This document shows, one piece after another, positions 60,846-64,000 of a stretch of 64,000 bases of DNA. The DNA lies in assembly GCA_964016885.1 (NCBI GenBank), contig OZ024752.1, positions 20,522,001 through 20,586,000 of the forward strand. The letters run 5' to 3'. The position numbers and the translations under genes are program-made. A model generated the notes under the pieces. The model made no database searches and was not told the origin of the DNA. It saw only the letters and a program-made list of their open reading frames with translations. The stretch comes from Eledone cirrhosa (lineage: Eukaryota). Positions within the stretch are counted from its first letter, which is position 1. Each line of letters starts with the position of its first letter.

Positions 60846-63800
60846 ATGTTATGGTGTAGGTTGTGGTTGTGTGATAGTGGTGGTAATGTTATGGTGTAGG
60901 TTGTGGTTGTATGATGGTGTTGGTTTTGTTAGTGGTGGTAATGTTATGGTGTAGGTTGTGGTTGTGTGATGGTGTTGGTTGTGTTAGTGGTGGTGGTAGT
61001 GGTGTAGGTTGTGTGATGGTGGTGGTAATGTTATGGTGTAGGTTGTGGTTGTGTTAGTGGTGTAGGTTGTGTGATGGTGGTGGTAATGTTATGGTGTAGG
61101 TTGTGGTTGTGTTAGTGGTGCTAATGTTATGGTGTAGGTTGTGGTTGTGTTAGTGGTGGTAATGTTATGGTGTAGGTTGTGGTTGTATTAGTGGTGGTAA
61201 TGTTATGGTGTAGGTTGTGGTTGTGTTAGTGGTGGTAATGTTATGGTGTAGGTTGTGGTTGTGTTAGTGGTGGTAATGTTATGGTGTAGGTTGTGGTTGT
61301 GTTAGTGGTGGTAATGTTATGGTGTAGGTTGTGGTTGTGTTAGTGGTGGTAATGTTATGGTGTAGGTTGTGGTTGTGTGTTAGTGGTGGTAATGTTATGG
61401 TGTAGGTTGTGGTTGTGTTAGTGGTGGTAATGTTATGGTGTAGGTTGTGGTTGTGTGATGGTGTAGGTTGTGTTAGTGGTGGTAATGTTATGGTGTAGGT
61501 TGTGGTTGTGTTAGTGGTGTTGGTTGTGTTAGTGGTGGTAATGTTATGGTGTAGGTTGTGGTTGTGTGATGGTGTTGGTTGTGTTAGTGGTGGTGGTAGT
61601 GGTGTAGGTTGTGTGATGGTGGTGGTAATGTTATGGTGTAGGTTGTGGTTGTGTTAGTGGTGGTAATGTTATGGTGTAGGTTGTGGTTGTGTTAGTGGTG
61701 GTAATGTTATGGTGTTGGTTGTGGTTGTGTGATGGTGTTGGTTGTGTTAGTGGTGGTGGTAGTGGTGTAGGTTGTGTGATGGTGGTGGTAATGTTATGGT
61801 GTAGGTTGTGGTTGTGTTAGTGGTGGTAATGTTATGGTGTAGGTTGTGGTTGTGTGATGGTGTTGGTTGTGTTAGTGGTGGTGGTAGTGGTGTAGGTTGT
61901 GTGATGGTGGTGGTAATGTTATGGTGTAGGTTGTGGTTGTGTTAGTGGTGGTAATGTTATGGTGTAGGTTGTGGTTGTATTAGTGGTGGTAATGTTATGG
62001 TGTAGGTTGTGGTTGTGTGATAGTGGTGGTAATGTTATGGTGTAGGTTGTGGTTGTGTGTTAGTGGTGGTAATGTTATGGTGTAGGTTGTGGTTGTGTTA
62101 GTGGTGGTAATGTTATGGTGTAGGTTGTGGTTGTGTTAGTGGTGGTAATGTTATGGTGTAGGTTGTGGTTGTGTTAGTGGTGGTAATGTTATGGTGTAGG
62201 TTGTGGTTGTGTGATGGTGTAGGTTGTGGTTGTGTTAGTGGTGGTAATGTTATGGTGTAGGTTGTGGTTGTGTGATGGTGTTGGTTGTGTTAGTGGTGGT
62301 AATGTTATGGTGTAGGTTGTGGTTGTGTTAGTGGTGGTAATGTTATGGTGTAGGTTGTGGTTGTGTGATAGTGGTGGTAATGTTATGGTGTAGGTTGTGG
62401 TTGTGTGTTAGTGGTGGTAATGTTATGGTGTAGGTTGTGGTTGTGTTAGTGGTGGTAATGTTATGGTGTAGGTTGTGGTTGTGTGATAGTGGTGGTAATG
62501 TTATGGTGTATGTTGTGGTTGTGTGATGGTGTTGGTTTTGTTAGTGGTGGTAATGTTATGGTGTAGGTTGTGGTTGTGTTAGTGGTGGTAATGTTATGGT
62601 GTAGGTTGTGGTTGTGTGATAGTGGTGGTAATGTTATGGTGTAGGTTGTGGTTGTGTGTTAGTGGTGGTAATGTTATGGTGTAGGTTGTGGTTGTGTTAG
62701 TGGTGGTAATGTTATGGTGTAGGTTGTGGTTGTGTTAGTGGTGCTAATGTTATGGTGTAGGTTGTGGTTGTGTGATAGTGGTGGTAATGTTATGGTGTAT
62801 GTTGTGGTTGTGTGATGGTGTTGGTTTTGTTAGTGGTGGTAATGTTATGGTGTAGGTTGTGGTTGTGTTAGTGGTGGTAATGTTATGGTGTAGGTTGTGG
62901 TTGTGTGATAGTGGTGGTAATGTTATGGTGTAGGTTGTGGTTGTGTGTTAGTGGTGGTAATGTTATGGTGTAGGTTGTGGTTGTGTTAGTGGTGGTAATG
63001 TTATGGTGTAGGTTGTGGTTGTGTTAGTGGTGCTAATGTTATGGTGTAGGTTGTGGTTGTGTTAGTGGTGGTAATGTTATGGTGTAGGTTGTGGTTGTGT
63101 TAGTGGTGGTAATGTTATGGTGTAGGTTGTGGTTGTGTTAGTGGTGGTAATGTTATGGTGTAGGTTGTGGTTGTGTGATAGTGGTGGTAATGTTATGGTG
63201 TAGGTTGTGGTTGTGTTAGTGGTGCTAATGTTATGGTGTAGGTTGTGGTTGTGTTAGTGGTGGTAATGTTATGGTGTAGGTTGTGGTTTTGTTAGTGGTG
63301 GTAATGTTATGGTGTAGGTTGTGGTTGTGTGAGGGTGTTGGTTGTGTTAGTGGTGGTAATGTTATGGTGTAGGTTGTGGTTGTGTGATGGTGTTGGTAAT
63401 GTTATGGTGTAGGTTGTGGTTGTGTTAGTGGTGGTAATGTTATGGTGTTGGTTGTGGTTGTGTTAGTGGTGGTAATGTTATGGTGTTGGTTGTGGTTGTG
63501 TTAGTGGTGGTAATGTTATGGTGTTGGTTGTGGTTGTGTGATGGTGTAGGTTGTGTTAGTGGTGGTAATGTTATGGTGTAGGTTGTGGTTGTGTTAGTGG
63601 TGGTAATGTTATGGTGTTGGTTGTGGTTGTGTGATGGTGTAGGTTGTGTTAGTGGTGGTAATGTTATGGTGTAGGTTGTGGTTGTGTTAGTGGTGGTAAT
63701 GTTATGGTGTAGGTTGTGGTTGTGTGATGGTGTTGGTTGTGTTAGTGGTGGTAATGTTATGGTGTAGGTTGTGGTTGTGTTAGTGGTGCTAATGTTATGG

Positions 63801-64000
63801 TGTAGGTTGTGGTTGTGTGATGGTGTAGGTTGTGGTTGTGTTAGTGGTGGTAATGTTATGGTGTAGGTTGTGGTTGTGTGATAGTGGTGGTAATGTTATG
63901 GTGTAGGTTGTGGTTGTGTGTTAGTGGTGGTAATGTTATGGTGTAGGTTGTGGTTGTGTTAGTGGTGGTAATGTTATGGTGTAGGTTGTGGTTGTGTTAG
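60846..64000. repeat. 38-bp G/T-rich minisatellite (GTGGTGGTAATGTTATGGTGTAGGTTGTGGTTGTGTTA)n, runs off the right edge
   Basis: Period 38 (e.g. TGTTATGG at 61201 and 61239) with length variants; almost no C on the + strand. Confidence 0.97.

Noticed and set aside
60400-60954. Mucin-like poly-Thr extension of the 262-aa ORF
   Set aside because: It lies after a consensus GTAAGT donor at the end of the arrestin homology and is an intronic ACC/ACT microsatellite.

Overview
Eukaryotic, repeat-rich animal DNA. The SINE/LINE repertoire suggests a coleoid cephalopod such as Octopus (inference). Bases 1-43958 are about 1000 copies of a 44-bp satellite with multi-kb higher-order duplications; its long ORFs are artefacts. 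The monomer aligns without gaps to the subterminal region of a TTAA-flanked, piggyBac-like MITE present in two copies, one of which abuts the array end. After a patch of SINEs, MITEs and a dead RTE LINE lies an alpha-arrestin (ARRDC-like) gene, with three coding exons visible on the + strand. One of its introns holds two antisense, head-to-tail Tx1/L1-type retroelements in a 24-bp minisatellite. One has an intact endonuclease-RT ORF2 but lacks most of ORF1. The other has a gag-like ORF1, no RT, and nearly the same ~500-bp 3' end. Both join the minisatellite at the same phase and lack poly(A). The window ends in a C-rich microsatellite facing an inverted G/T-rich 38-bp minisatellite.
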